Position numbers and translations under genes: made by a program
Source: Armatimonadota bacterium
GTDB lineage: Bacteria > Armatimonadota > HRBIN16
DNA length: 64,000 bases
Direction of reading: 5' to 3'
NCBI GenBank assembly: GCA_963677485.1
Contig: OY781964.1
Coordinates: 3,360,001 to 3,424,000 of the forward strand
Part shown: positions 38,981 to 50,290 of the stretch, piece after piece
How the letters are laid out: each line of letters starts with the position of its first letter
How positions within the stretch are numbered: the stretch's first letter is position 1
The notes under the pieces: model-generated
What the model was told of the DNA's origin: nothing
The model's input: only the letters and a program-made list of their open reading frames with translations
The model's database searches: none

Positions 38981-41900
38981 ATGAAAAAGTTCGCGTATGT
39001 GCTCGTGGTTGTCTCGCTGGTATCGATGGCGGTCACGCTATCAGCATACGGCAGTGATTGTGCTTGTGAGGGCAGTATCTGCAGTCAGACCACCGATGGC
39101 AGTCTCAGGTTTGACTTCGAAACGGGGTGTATGCAGGGATGGCAGATCATGGAGGGCACGCTAGATAGCCCCGTGACCAGCATCGAGATGACCCGAAACC
39201 AGCCTTCTCAAAAGAGGAACAAGCAAGGGATATTCTATCTCAATACCGTCGAACTTCAAGATGGCGGATATGATGATAAAATGACCGGAGTTATTGAGTC
39301 ACCTGTCTTCACCTTGAAGTCACGTCAGGTCTCTTTCTTGATCGGAGGCGGATCATTTCCGGCCAGCACCTATGTGGCGTTGTGCGATATCAACGGTGAT
39401 GAACTGTTAAAAGCCACTGGTAGTAACTCGGAGATGATGACCGGGATCGTATGGGATACCAGCAGATATTTGAACAAAAAGCTGTTCTTACAATTGGTAG
39501 ACCGGAATACCGGGTCGTGGGGACACATCACCTTTGATGATTTCATCGCCGATGGAAAAGTGGATCTGAAAGCCACTCTGGCTGTCAGGAAGTCGTATGA
39601 CACTCGAGAACAAGGGCGGGAGCAACGCCGTCAAGCGCAACTTAAGAAGTGGGAGGATCAGAGGATGAAGCGTATAAAGAAACTCACATCACCAGACTAC
39701 CTTGTCATGGGGGGTAAAACAAAGGTATACAAGGGGGCTGAACTAGAAGCCATCAGTATTCCCATCGGGGGAATCGGTGCTGGGAATATCCAAATGGATG
39801 GCAAAGCACAGCGAGCCATCTGGCAGATTTTCAACAACTTCAAGTGCGTATCTCTTCCGAATAGCTTCTTTGCGGTTAGGGCTGAGGCTGAGCCCGGCCA
39901 ACCTGTCGTCAGAGTGCTTCAAACTGCGGCTGCTGCTGGATTTGCTCCCATGCGCAGCCTGACTTTTAAGGGTGAATTCCCCTATGGTTGGTATGATTTT
40001 CGCGATTCGAAGTTGCCTGTGTCCGTTAGTATGGAGGTGTTCAACCCGCTGATACCGCTGAATGCTAAAGATTCTGCCATTCCTTGTGCGATATTTAACA
40101 TCACCGCGAAGAACAAAGGGCCGAAGACAGTTGATGTCAGCTTGATGGCAACCCAACGGAACGCGGTGGGATACACCGCCGCGAAGGCATTCTCGATGAG
40201 CGGTCTGGCGGTTGAGCCAGGGGCTGTCACAGGCGAAGAGCTGGGTGGCAACCGGAACCAGATCATCAAGTCACCTGACAGCTCTATTCTCCATATGACC
40301 GCAGATATCCCGCAAGAGGCAGCAGGCTACGGTGATATGGCGCTGCTGGCTGTCTCGCCTGATGCGATAGGCTCCACGGATTTTGGTGATGTCAATGAGA
40401 TGCACAAGCAGTATTCCGAAAATGGCCTGATCACTGGGTCCGACCATGCGGGGCCATCCGCCAAAGGCAAGACTCTAGATGGGTTTTTGGCGGTACCATT
40501 CAAGCTGAAGCCAGGGGAGTCGAGGACTATCAGCTTTGTGCTCACGTGGTATTTTCCGAACGCCAGCCACGGTACAGAGAACTGGAGCGGCTCAGGCAAT
40601 ATGTATCAGAACTGGTATTCCAGCGCACTCGATGTGGCACAGGATGTGAAGACACGGCTGACAGAGCTGTCTCAACAGACCGATATTTATCATGACAGCT
40701 TCTACTCGTCGAATCTACCTCGCTGGATACTGGATAGAATCAGTTCGCAGGTATCGATCATGCGAACGCAAACCTGCTTTTGGGCGAAAGATGGCTATTT
40801 CGGTGGATGGGAAGGATCTGGCACCGGTGAGGGGTGTTGTGAGGGCAACTGCACCCATGTATGGCATTATGCACAAAGCCATGCGCGTTTGTTTCCCGAA
40901 ATTGGCCGGCGGATGCGTGAGCAAGAGTATGCGGTGCAGAACGAGGATGGCAGCATCGGTCACCGGCTGAGCAAAGGGTTCGCGAAATGGGTCGCTGCCG
41001 ATGGTCTTCTGGGCGACATACTCTCAACCTACCGAGAACACCAACTCAGTGCCGACAACAAGTGGCTTGACCAGTACTGGCCAAACTGCCGAAAGGCGAT
41101 GGAATACTGCATCAAGACCTGGGATGCAGATGAAGATGGTGTGCTCACAGGATACCAGTGGGATACACTCGACAGCGCACTGGAAGGCAACACCACCTGG
41201 ATTGGTTCGCTCTATCTGGCCTCTCTCGCTGCTTGTGAGAGGATGGCGAATGTTGAGAACAGTGCGACCGATGCTCAGCGATATGCCCGCATACTCCAGT
41301 CGGGAAAAGACAAGCAGAATGCCGAATTATGGGATGGCGAATACTACATCCAAAAACCTGATGTTGAGCCACCTGCTTATACTTACCCTGAACCTCGTGA
41401 AGATTATCTTACGGGTTGCGATACCGACCAGTTGCTAGGGCAATGGTGGGCACATCAGTTGGATTTGGGCTGGCTATACCCGTCTGAGCGTGTACGTAAG
41501 TCGATGCAGTCGCTTATGAAATACAACTTCCATGCGGATTTCCGTGGATATGAGCAGAAACCGCGCAAATTCGTAGACGAGCTTGACTCCGGACTGCAAC
41601 TGATCAGCTACCCGAAAGAGGGCAGGCCGGCTCCTGGTAAGGAGTTCCACAGCTCTTCCGAAATCATGTCAGGTTTTGAATATCCCGCCGCGGCCACTAT
41701 GATACAGGCCGGACTACTGAAAGAGGGGTTCGCACTGACACGGGCCATCTACGAGAGATACGACGGCAAGCTGCGCACCGGACAGTCAGCTCTGGATATC
41801 GGCAACTGGGGCTACACGGGCAACCCATTTGGTGATGACGAATGCGGGAAGTTTTACGCCCGAGCGATGAGCGTTTGGAGTATTCTGCTCGCCTGCCAGG

Positions 41901-42244
41901 GGTTCATCTATGATGGCCCTGCCGGCAAAATCGGGTTTCGACCTGTGTGGCAGCCAACTAATCACATGTCATTCTTTACAGCGGCGGAAGGATATGGGTT
42001 TTTTGTCCAAAATCGGTCGCAATACGGGCAGTCTGATGCGATCAGTATCAGCTCAGGCCTGTTGTCTATTAACACGATTGTGCTTGAGTATAAGTCCAAC
42101 CGTCCGTCATTCAAGGTCACCGTGTCGGTCGACGGCAAAGAGGTACCGTCATCGTTCAAGGTTGTGGATGGCGTGTTCACCATCTCACTGGATAAACGGT
42201 TAGTACTCACCGCAGAACAAATAGCCATGATACTCATCCGATAG
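38981..42244 (+). CDS. secreted GH116 family glycosidase with extra N-terminal domain
   Basis: Signal peptide; PIGGIGAG, NPLIP, GWEG..CCEGNCTHVWHYAQ, DQLLGQWW and DDECGKFYARAMS motifs. Confidence 0.88.
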   Translation: MKKFAYVLVVVSLVSMAVTLSAYGSDCACEGSICSQTTDGSLRFDFETGCMQGWQIMEGTLDSPVTSIEMTRNQPSQKRNKQGIFYLNTVELQDGGYDDKMTGVIESPVFTLKSRQVSFLIGGGSFPASTYVALCDINGDELLKATGSNSEMMTGIVWDTSRYLNKKLFLQLVDRNTGSWGHITFDDFIADGKVDLKATLAVRKSYDTREQGREQRRQAQLKKWEDQRMKRIKKLTSPDYLVMGGKTKVYKGAELEAISIPIGGIGAGNIQMDGKAQRAIWQIFNNFKCVSLPNSFFAVRAEAEPGQPVVRVLQTAAAAGFAPMRSLTFKGEFPYGWYDFRDSKLPVSVSMEVFNPLIPLNAKDSAIPCAIFNITAKNKGPKTVDVSLMATQRNAVGYTAAKAFSMSGLAVEPGAVTGEELGGNRNQIIKSPDSSILHMTADIPQEAAGYGDMALLAVSPDAIGSTDFGDVNEMHKQYSENGLITGSDHAGPSAKGKTLDGFLAVPFKLKPGESRTISFVLTWYFPNASHGTENWSGSGNMYQNWYSSALDVAQDVKTRLTELSQQTDIYHDSFYSSNLPRWILDRISSQVSIMRTQTCFWAKDGYFGGWEGSGTGEGCCEGNCTHVWHYAQSHARLFPEIGRRMREQEYAVQNEDGSIGHRLSKGFAKWVAADGLLGDILSTYREHQLSADNKWLDQYWPNCRKAMEYCIKTWDADEDGVLTGYQWDTLDSALEGNTTWIGSLYLASLAACERMANVENSATDAQRYARILQSGKDKQNAELWDGEYYIQKPDVEPPAYTYPEPREDYLTGCDTDQLLGQWWAHQLDLGWLYPSERVRKSMQSLMKYNFHADFRGYEQKPRKFVDELDSGLQLISYPKEGRPAPGKEFHSSSEIMSGFEYPAAATMIQAGLLKEGFALTRAIYERYDGKLRTGQSALDIGNWGYTGNPFGDDECGKFYARAMSVWSILLACQGFIYDGPAGKIGFRPVWQPTNHMSFFTAAEGYGFFVQNRSQYGQSDAISISSGLLSINTIVLEYKSNRPSFKVTVSVDGKEVPSSFKVVDGVFTISLDKRLVLTAEQIAMILIR

Positions 42245-42299
42245 TCTAGGCGACGCGTGATGATACGTACTATCGCCACCAACATTCATAGGAAATGAC

Positions 42300-43241
42300 A
42301 TGATAATAGACGTCCACACACATATATTTCGGCGCGTTCACGGGCAGATCGCCTCTGGGCCGACCCGCAGCATGGGGCAGGGACTCATCCAGATGGGAGA
42401 TCATCCACATCGGCTGATGCCACCTGGTGATGCGGAGACCACACATCCGGTGGAGGCCCTTATTGCGAAGATGGACGCTGCCGGTGTCGATAAGGCGATG
42501 CTTTTACAGGGTTCGCTCTACGGTGAGTGCAATGAGCTGGTGCTGCAGGCACTTGATGCCTATCCTGACCGCCTCTGGGCTGCCGCCTTCCTCGATATCT
42601 TCGTGTCAGACGCCCAGGCAGCCTATGAGCGTGCGTTCCAAGGCAAGGGGTTTCGTGCATTGAAGCTGGAGCTGTCTATGGAAACCGGGCTGATCGGACT
42701 GCATCCGGGTGCCTCCCTTGCCGACCACAACCTTGAGTGGCTCTGGAGTGCTTTGGAGGCGTCTGGGCAGGTGCTGGTGCTGGATATGGGCGGGGTGGGC
42801 AGCGAATCATACCAAACCGCCGCGGTCCGTCAGATAGCGCAAACGCATCCGGCACTGAACATCGTGATCGCCCACCTGGCTCAACCGAACTGGCAGGTGC
42901 TGCATGATCCTGCGTTGTGCTCCGAGTGGGCTGCACAGATTGAGCTGGGGCTGTTATCAAACGTCTGGTTTGATATGGCCGCGTTGCCGCTCTATCTACC
43001 AGCGGAAGCATACCCGTTCGCTTCGGCTTCCGAGTATCTCAAAAGAGCTGTGGATGTGATCGGCACCGACCGGCTGATGTGGGGCAGTGATATCCCGGGG
43101 CTATTGACCCGCGCGGATTACACCCATCTGTTAAGTTCCGCAGAACAACAGTTGGCATTTTTAGGTGAGGCCGAACGGCAGCGGGTGATGGGTGGGAACG
43201 CCTGGCGGTTGTATGGCGCTACCGGTAAGTGGAAGGGTTGA
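42300..43241 (+). CDS. amidohydrolase family 2 protein
   Basis: IIDVHTH, IVIAHL and LMWGSDIP motifs. Confidence 0.88.
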   Translation: MIIDVHTHIFRRVHGQIASGPTRSMGQGLIQMGDHPHRLMPPGDAETTHPVEALIAKMDAAGVDKAMLLQGSLYGECNELVLQALDAYPDRLWAAAFLDIFVSDAQAAYERAFQGKGFRALKLELSMETGLIGLHPGASLADHNLEWLWSALEASGQVLVLDMGGVGSESYQTAAVRQIAQTHPALNIVIAHLAQPNWQVLHDPALCSEWAAQIELGLLSNVWFDMAALPLYLPAEAYPFASASEYLKRAVDVIGTDRLMWGSDIPGLLTRADYTHLLSSAEQQLAFLGEAERQRVMGGNAWRLYGATGKWKG

Positions 43242-43282
43242 TGCCACTGCAGCTCAGATAGTAACTGATGCGGTTGCTTTCA

Positions 43283-43457
43283 TTGCCTATGTCCGGGGCG
43301 GTCTGTGCGCAGGCTAGCGGTTGCAGATGGCTCGAGACCGCGCCGGTCTGGCGGACAGCCATGAAAGATTTGTTTCGGGAACAAGACCGGCGCGGTCTAT
43401 ACACAGTGGCCTCCGTAGGCGTATTGACAGACCGCCCCGGACATAGCCAATCAAGTT
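43283..43457 (+). mobile_element. 175-bp MITE-like element, copy 3
   Basis: Colinear with copy 2, including outer flanks (gtaactgat ... gttacttaca); lies between convergent genes. Confidence 0.85.
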
Positions 43458-43494
43458 ACTTACAGGGGCATCACATGACATGCCCCCGTGTAGA

Positions 43495-45438
43495 CTAGAT
43501 AAATATCTTGTACAGTGACACACCCGTCATAGGACCGAGTATGGCCAGGATGCAGCCCACGGTGTAGTCACCTAACACCAACCCGAGGAAGAAGGGCACC
43601 GCTTTCTTGTATAGCTTCATCCCGCCGATCTGGATCATAGAACCTTTAATGACCCAGGCGATGAGGAAGCTGAACCAGAAATAGTCCATCGCGAAACTGA
43701 CGGCCAGCGCATATCCCGCCGGATGCAACGGCCACCAGGGAAGGGCTGTTCTGGCCACGCGTAAAATGCCCACAATCGCCGCACCCACCGCCATCGCCAC
43801 GTTGCTGTCCATCCGCCAGGGTTGGCTGATAGATATCCAGTTGTTCAGTTTGTTGAAGGACTCACCACCGACCCACGATTTGAACCCAATGGCTGCCTTG
43901 GCGGTGCCTCCATATATGAAGGTTACATGCAGGTTCGCCCAGCAGGCACTGACGTATCCCACCACAGTGGCCAGCAGGATCAGCCAGATCAGTGTACTCA
44001 TCACGCCCACGCGCTCATACATCTTCATCGCCTCTAGCTGGTTGGGCATGGGGTGCGCACGGTAACCGCGGTTAAACCAGTAGAAGCTGCTCATGGCGGT
44101 CAGGTCCTGGTTTTTGAAGCCGGACTTGCCAATAAATGTGCCCATGATGTCCTGCGGATGCACAAAATAGATCTCATGCGGGGTTCCCAGTTCTGCTCGG
44201 ACGCGGGTGATAGCCAGCGCGAGTATCAAGTATATCCCGAAGAACGCCGTGGCGATGCCTGCTCCAAACCCGGCCATCTTAGCGAACAACCCGATCACAA
44301 TACAGCAGACCAGAAAAGTGATGAAGGCGGTGCGGTATTGGCTCACCTCCTCGCGATTACTACCAGCTCCTCGCCAGGCGATGCGCCAGGAATCGCGGAT
44401 GGCATGTCTTGCTGCGAAGGCTAACGCGATACCCATCGCCATCCAGGCACCGCTGCCCTGCTCAATGAACCAGGGGAAGGTGCTCTGACCAGAAGCAAAA
44501 CCTTGTGTCACACCCCATACCTGGAACAGCCGTCGGGCGATGTAGAAGAACCAGCAGGAAAAGCCAAGGTCCAAAGGGGTGAAGAACGCCAGTCCAATCG
44601 CAAAGGGATACATATTAAACTGTGTGTCTGCGATCACATTCCACGGAGGCGATTGCGTGAAGTCCTGCATCTTCAGCCCTTTGACGAATGTGAGATAGGG
44701 CACGTTCGGGATGAAATCATGCAGACCATTGATGCCCGATATCGTGGCAGCTAATGCAAATCCCGCCCAGAGCAGCGGCATCTTGTAGAGCGACTGCCCG
44801 TCGATACCGGCACACATCGCCATCGGAAGTTGGATCAGCGGGAAGGTGAGCTTCTCCTGCTCACTCCATAGCCGCCTCACAAGCAGGTTCATGCTGAGTG
44901 CAATCCCCACAAGAGCGAACACCAGTATCGACCAGAGCGCGAGCGGTGCGATGAACGGCATGAACAGCTTGGGGTTGTTGGGGTCGGCGTTGCCGTTGTA
45001 GAGCGCTTTGACCGCCAGCGGGTCATCGACAAACAGGTGGGGAGGCAGGTATTTATACCAGGTGTCCCAGCTGGGGTTCATCGGCTTGAAATGGGCGGGA
45101 TGGGCGATCACACCAAACAGGTTCTGCACCATATCGTGCGCGGCCATTGAGGCACCGATCACCACAAGGATGTAAAGAGTGATCAGCTCCCCAGGGCTCA
45201 TGGCGAGCGATGGTTTCAGACGCTTGACCAGCAGATTGAACAGAGTCACCAGGAAAAGAATGAAAATAGGAGTGATGAAAAGCGGCAAACAGGAGCCGTC
45301 AAGAGAGTAATATCTTATCTCAATTAACGTGATCCAGTAGTTGTTGATCAGTATCAACACTATCCCAAGAAGCACGGTGCGCAAGCTTGCAGGGGAGCGG
45401 TGGCCGGGTTCAATGGAAGCCGAGGAACTTTTCGACAT
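43495..45438 (-). CDS. DUF6785/DUF6784-type polytopic membrane protein (putative transporter)
   Basis: Many TM helices; WSEQEKLTFPL, TRVRAELG, WWPLHPAGY and PFFLGLVLGD motifs. Confidence 0.7.
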   Translation of the reverse strand: MSKSSSASIEPGHRSPASLRTVLLGIVLILINNYWITLIEIRYYSLDGSCLPLFITPIFILFLVTLFNLLVKRLKPSLAMSPGELITLYILVVIGASMAAHDMVQNLFGVIAHPAHFKPMNPSWDTWYKYLPPHLFVDDPLAVKALYNGNADPNNPKLFMPFIAPLALWSILVFALVGIALSMNLLVRRLWSEQEKLTFPLIQLPMAMCAGIDGQSLYKMPLLWAGFALAATISGINGLHDFIPNVPYLTFVKGLKMQDFTQSPPWNVIADTQFNMYPFAIGLAFFTPLDLGFSCWFFYIARRLFQVWGVTQGFASGQSTFPWFIEQGSGAWMAMGIALAFAARHAIRDSWRIAWRGAGSNREEVSQYRTAFITFLVCCIVIGLFAKMAGFGAGIATAFFGIYLILALAITRVRAELGTPHEIYFVHPQDIMGTFIGKSGFKNQDLTAMSSFYWFNRGYRAHPMPNQLEAMKMYERVGVMSTLIWLILLATVVGYVSACWANLHVTFIYGGTAKAAIGFKSWVGGESFNKLNNWISISQPWRMDSNVAMAVGAAIVGILRVARTALPWWPLHPAGYALAVSFAMDYFWFSFLIAWVIKGSMIQIGGMKLYKKAVPFFLGLVLGDYTVGCILAILGPMTGVSLYKIFI

Positions 45439-45604
45439 GCCAAACCTCAGTATATGAACAACCTAATCACAATTGTACACCAATACCTGGAAATCCTTCA
45501 GTTGACCATCCGGCCTAGCCTATCATTGCGGATACGGGCGGTCCGGGTGAAGCTGAGCCTAGAACACTGTATAATAAGCCAATAGGTCAAGGAGAACGCC
45601 AGCC

Positions 45605-48421
45605 ATGCAATCAGCACAATTGAACAAAAATCTACTATCGCAATTCGGTATCACAGCTTCAGAGCTGTGTGGCTACTGGCGGTTTTTTGAGGCTGGCGAT
45701 GTGAAGGGGCTTCGCAAGTCGATGACGGCCGACAAGCTGACTCCAGGCATGAGCACACTGAGCTTGAGATCAAAAGAGAGTGTGGAGTTCGCAAACCGCG
45801 ATGGGCTGTGGGGGCATGATCGCTTCACCATCAACTTCTGGCTGAGGCTGCGCACAGAGCCTGGTGATCATGTCGCGCTGATCACCAAGGGTTCGGTGGC
45901 GCCATACGAGTTTCGCATCCATTTTGGTATCAACTCCAAGTTTACCTTCGGCTCTGAGAAGATTAGCTGGTACGGTGCCCACTCATCGCAGTCGGTGTGG
46001 ACAGGGCTGGATGCGACCACTCTGTGTGACAAATGGACGATGCTCTCACTGAGCATGGATAACGGCACCATACGCTCATATATAGACGGTCAGATAGACA
46101 CCGAGAGTATGGCCTATGACACCGGCAAAATGAACAGCACCACATCGCCGATTATTGTGGGAGCCGAAACGCTATATAAAATCCCCGGGATTGACGGCTG
46201 GATCGGTGAGCTCGCGATTATCAAGCGCGCCCTCCCGGAAGTTGAGCTACAAGGCCTCTACGCGAAATACTGCGAGCAGGTTCCTGAGCTTAAGCCGCCA
46301 GTGCCACGTCCGGCTGGTCTGGCGACCCTGCAAACCCGTTCTGTCACCCCTCTTAAAGGTGTGGATCCGGTGTTTGAGCAGCCAGGCCCTGAGTATCGGT
46401 TGACGCAGTTCGCGCAGGGGTGGGTGCCGCCGCTGGTCAACCTGGAAGACTACGGCATCGGCAACATCCAATTGGGTGTCGCTCACGAAAACTATCTGCG
46501 CGATGAAACAGCCTGGGATGATGTACTCACGCTTTACGATCAGGCCAAGAAGCGTGGCATTGGCTTCTGGCTGGCAGACGATGATCAGTATCCGGGTTCT
46601 GCAGCCGGTGGACTGACAGTAGACGGCCATCCTGAGTTGGCTTCCATAGGCGTTTACCAGCATGTGGAATACGGAACTGGGTTGATTGCCATCACGGTGA
46701 AGCTGCCGAAAGAGGCACTCCGAATTGTGGCGGCGGTGCTGTACCCCATGGAAAAGGGTGGTATTCAATACAAGAAGGGCGTGGTCTTTCAAACCGACGG
46801 ACAAACCGCTGCCACAAACGGGATGAACGGCCGTTGGGCCTTCTGTGTCTATATCTCTAAGAAGATGCTGGGTTACTCGGAGCGGCGCGAATACTGGCTG
46901 AACAAGGGCGAGATGCCCAACCTGTTGAACCCAAAGGCCATCAAGCGGTTTATCGAACTCACTTATGATACTTATAAGCAGCGTTTGGGCAGCCGGTTCC
47001 GTGATGTGATCGCCTTCTACACCGGCGAGACCTCGCTGGACACCACTGTGACCCTATTTGGTGCGCCGTGGCCGAAGAACCCCGAGGCCTACATCCCGTG
47101 GGAGGACGGCCTCCAGAATACATTCCGGTCTGACCACGGTTATGAACTGGCTCCATGCCTTGCGGCCTTGTTTGCTCCGAAGTCCGACGAGGGCAATATC
47201 ATCCGACACCACTTCTGGCAGAGCGTGGGCAATATGGTCTCAAAAAACTGCTTTGGTCAGATGGAGGCCTGGTGTAAAAAGAACGGCGCGGGCCTGTCGG
47301 GTCACCTGGTCGATGAGGAGGTCATGACCCATCATGTATGCATGTATGGCGACTTCATGCAGCAGATGTCTCACTTCAAGATACCGGGATATGACCATTA
47401 TATGTATAAGCACGGGCTAAGCCAGACCACCAACCTGATGATCCAGCGGTATGCCTATTCCGAAGGCCGTGCTCGCGGTGTGCATGTCGCTCAGTCGTTG
47501 ATTGAGCCGATTGTGACAGGCTGGTTCGACTTCGAATCCGGCAAGATGCGTAAAATACCCATCAGCGTGCTGCGTCGCAACATGAACATGATGTTCGCAG
47601 GCGGTGCCAGCATCATCAACAGCTATCTGTATTGGGGCATGTATCCAGCGCACATATACCGTGAGTTGACCGACTACGCCGCGAGGCTTTCATACCTGCT
47701 GCGCGGTGCCCGTGATCTTGCGAAGGTGGCGGTATACTACCCCATCGAGACATTCCAGGGACGCTACCGGCCGACGGTCAATGATGCCTTCAGCTTCGTG
47801 AATGATTCGGAATACAGCACGCTGCAGTCAAGGCAAAACGCGCTGTGTGAGGAACTCTTCAAGCACAATATCAGCTTCAACTATCTGAACGCAGAGGCCA
47901 TCGGAAAAGCGGTGCCGGCAGGACGGTCTTTGCGGATCGCCGGTTATGATTATCGTGTGATGATCATGCCTGATATGGACATCATCCCACTATCGGTACT
48001 GGAGAAGCTGAAGAGATTCCAATCGCATGGGGGAACGCTCATCTGGGCAGGCAAGCTGCCGCATCTTGGCGATAGTGACACGGAGACACCTCAGGTGAAG
48101 CGGATGCTGGCAGATGCGGTGTGCATCAACGACCCCAAACGACTTGCAGACAAGTTGCGGGGAGTGGGTGAGGGGGAACTGACAGTAAAGGCTTCGGTGC
48201 CCGAAAAACTCCACCATGTGCCTTTTGAACGCATGGTCGACAGGCATATGAGGAATATCCACCTTCTGGTCAATGATCACAGCGGCACGAATGAGGTGGA
48301 AATACGCGGGAGTGGTCAAGGGGCGCTCTACGATCCCTGGAAGGGCGACTACGCCACCGTCAGCCTGCCTCTGACCGTAAGCATCGGTGAGTATTACGCG
48401 CTGGTACTGGTGACCGGCTAG
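45605..48421 (+). CDS. LamG-like domain plus GH106-like (alpha-L-rhamnosidase-like) hydrolase, paralog 1
   Basis: N-terminal concanavalin/LamG pattern (FTINFW..YIDG..G.IGEL); WLADDDQYPGSAAGG, FYTGE, LSGHLVDEE and VAVYYPIE. Confidence 0.7.
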   Translation: MQSAQLNKNLLSQFGITASELCGYWRFFEAGDVKGLRKSMTADKLTPGMSTLSLRSKESVEFANRDGLWGHDRFTINFWLRLRTEPGDHVALITKGSVAPYEFRIHFGINSKFTFGSEKISWYGAHSSQSVWTGLDATTLCDKWTMLSLSMDNGTIRSYIDGQIDTESMAYDTGKMNSTTSPIIVGAETLYKIPGIDGWIGELAIIKRALPEVELQGLYAKYCEQVPELKPPVPRPAGLATLQTRSVTPLKGVDPVFEQPGPEYRLTQFAQGWVPPLVNLEDYGIGNIQLGVAHENYLRDETAWDDVLTLYDQAKKRGIGFWLADDDQYPGSAAGGLTVDGHPELASIGVYQHVEYGTGLIAITVKLPKEALRIVAAVLYPMEKGGIQYKKGVVFQTDGQTAATNGMNGRWAFCVYISKKMLGYSERREYWLNKGEMPNLLNPKAIKRFIELTYDTYKQRLGSRFRDVIAFYTGETSLDTTVTLFGAPWPKNPEAYIPWEDGLQNTFRSDHGYELAPCLAALFAPKSDEGNIIRHHFWQSVGNMVSKNCFGQMEAWCKKNGAGLSGHLVDEEVMTHHVCMYGDFMQQMSHFKIPGYDHYMYKHGLSQTTNLMIQRYAYSEGRARGVHVAQSLIEPIVTGWFDFESGKMRKIPISVLRRNMNMMFAGGASIINSYLYWGMYPAHIYRELTDYAARLSYLLRGARDLAKVAVYYPIETFQGRYRPTVNDAFSFVNDSEYSTLQSRQNALCEELFKHNISFNYLNAEAIGKAVPAGRSLRIAGYDYRVMIMPDMDIIPLSVLEKLKRFQSHGGTLIWAGKLPHLGDSDTETPQVKRMLADAVCINDPKRLADKLRGVGEGELTVKASVPEKLHHVPFERMVDRHMRNIHLLVNDHSGTNEVEIRGSGQGALYDPWKGDYATVSLPLTVSIGEYYALVLVTG

Positions 48422-48482
48422 GTTATCGAGCATACCGCAGTTTACATAAGGTATAAAGGGTATGTGAATACGGAGGATCATC

Positions 48483-50123
48483 ATGAAACCACTTGACCAA
48501 AACACAGCATCCGACGGCTATACGCTCTTCGTCAAGCCTGTCGATATCCTGCAGACGCCTGACAAGAAGGCTTGGGCGAACTACACCATCTATGACACCG
48601 TGGACAGCTGCTATTATGCGCTGTTCTGCACGGGACGAAAGTCAGAGCAGAACCCCAGCGCATACCCGTATGGGTTGGATGTTGCCTCGTCCACCGACGG
48701 GGTCCACTGGAAGTTCATCTCCCGAGATGCGGTCGAAATCCCAGGGGCCCATGCAGGCTTCGGCATCAAGCGGATCGGTGAATACTTCTACTACTACCCC
48801 ACGTGCTCCAACCCGGATCAGGGGGTACATTTCAAGGTCTACCGCACACGGAACTTCAAACAATGGGAGTATGTGGGCCAGCAGTTTGATGTGGCACCCG
48901 ACCGCAGCCTGTATCACGAACGCTGGGACGAAATGCACGTGATAGAGGAGGTGGAGGACGGCGATACCATCTACTACGGCTACATCTCCTCGGAGACCAG
49001 GGAGGATATCGGCGAACCCGGCGTCGCGATGCTGAAAAGCCGCGACGGCATCTCCTGGCAGGTGCTGCCGCCCGTCACCATTGAGTGGGGAGAGCTTCCA
49101 TCACACCACATGGAGCTGAACTTCGTGGAGAAGATTGATGGCCGATACTACCTCAATGCCTCTGGCCGGATGTATCTCGATAGCTATGGGTATGCCATCT
49201 ACACCTTCATCGGTGACTCACCAGCCGGACCGTTCAGACCGGATCGCGAGATGTTCCGACTTGCCGGTCACTCGCGGGCCTGCATCACCTGGCTCGGACA
49301 CACGCTTGATACACCCGACGGATTTCTGGTGGCACTCTGGCTCAGCCATGATCGTAACCCGGATATCCCCAGCCAAAGCTTCGCCATCGGCCCGTTGAAG
49401 CGGCTGAACTGCGAGAATGGCCACCTTCGCCTTGGATACTGGAAGAAGAATGACGCGGCGAAGGGACGTGGTTTGGCGCTTGATATGCAAAAATGCGTGT
49501 TGGCCCACCCTGCTGCTGCGGTGAAGACTGTTCGCGACACACTCCATGCGCTGGGTACCGGAAACCTGGTGCTTTCCGCATCGCGCGACGGGGGCGTTGT
49601 TCTGCTGGATATGCCATTCGATCGGCAAAAAGGCTTCATCATTGAGGGCTGTATGAAAGTCAGCGAGAACCGTGGGCACATCGCCACTCACCAGCATGCC
49701 GCTGCCGCCGGATTCTATTTCGAAGCTGAGCCTGGGAGTGGCGTCGCGATGGTACTCGACACTCTGGGTGTGACGAGAAGCGGCAATTTGCGATACGCCG
49801 ACCATAAGATCACAGATCAGAATATCTACGCCGATTCCGGTGATGGTATGGTTCAGGCCCGCTCAGGCGAGCTTCAGGGCACCCTTGCGTTTGACTTCAA
49901 TGACACCGTGGGACCTTTTGGGCACGCCTCATATGGCGGTGTTCGCCATATGAAGATGCACCACTTCCGGCTGATTGCACAGGGCGACTACTTCGAGCTC
50001 TACATCGACGATCTGTATGTGCAGACCTACTTGCTGCCTGAAACCATGACAGGCAGGGTAGGGTTGATGGGCTTCGATGGGGTGTGCGAATACACGGAAG
50101 TCACAGCCTGGGAGATCAATTAG
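48483..50123 (+). CDS. GH32/GH43-like beta-propeller hydrolase with C-terminal beta-sandwich
   Basis: Asp-box-like SSTDGVHW and SRDGISW, HMELNFVEKIDGRYYL, C-terminal ELYIDD. Confidence 0.65.
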   Translation: MKPLDQNTASDGYTLFVKPVDILQTPDKKAWANYTIYDTVDSCYYALFCTGRKSEQNPSAYPYGLDVASSTDGVHWKFISRDAVEIPGAHAGFGIKRIGEYFYYYPTCSNPDQGVHFKVYRTRNFKQWEYVGQQFDVAPDRSLYHERWDEMHVIEEVEDGDTIYYGYISSETREDIGEPGVAMLKSRDGISWQVLPPVTIEWGELPSHHMELNFVEKIDGRYYLNASGRMYLDSYGYAIYTFIGDSPAGPFRPDREMFRLAGHSRACITWLGHTLDTPDGFLVALWLSHDRNPDIPSQSFAIGPLKRLNCENGHLRLGYWKKNDAAKGRGLALDMQKCVLAHPAAAVKTVRDTLHALGTGNLVLSASRDGGVVLLDMPFDRQKGFIIEGCMKVSENRGHIATHQHAAAAGFYFEAEPGSGVAMVLDTLGVTRSGNLRYADHKITDQNIYADSGDGMVQARSGELQGTLAFDFNDTVGPFGHASYGGVRHMKMHHFRLIAQGDYFELYIDDLYVQTYLLPETMTGRVGLMGFDGVCEYTEVTAWEIN

Positions 50124-50145
50124 TAGCCATCAGTGACTATTCAAC

Positions 50146-50219
50146 CTCACGCGAAGCCGCGAAGACGCGACGGTAATGACCACGCGGTTTGTCCGTTAGG
50201 GAAATTCGCGAATCGCCCT
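50146..50219 (+). repeat. triplet module A plus degenerate REP
   Basis: ctcacgcgaagccgcgaagacgcgacggtaatgacc matches 30674-30711; followed by agggaaattcgcgaatcgccct. Confidence 0.7.
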
Positions 50220-50290
50220 GGGTCACGGAGTTCTAAGGATATCTATCATTACTATACAGCCGTCAACATAAACCAAGGAGTTACCAAATA

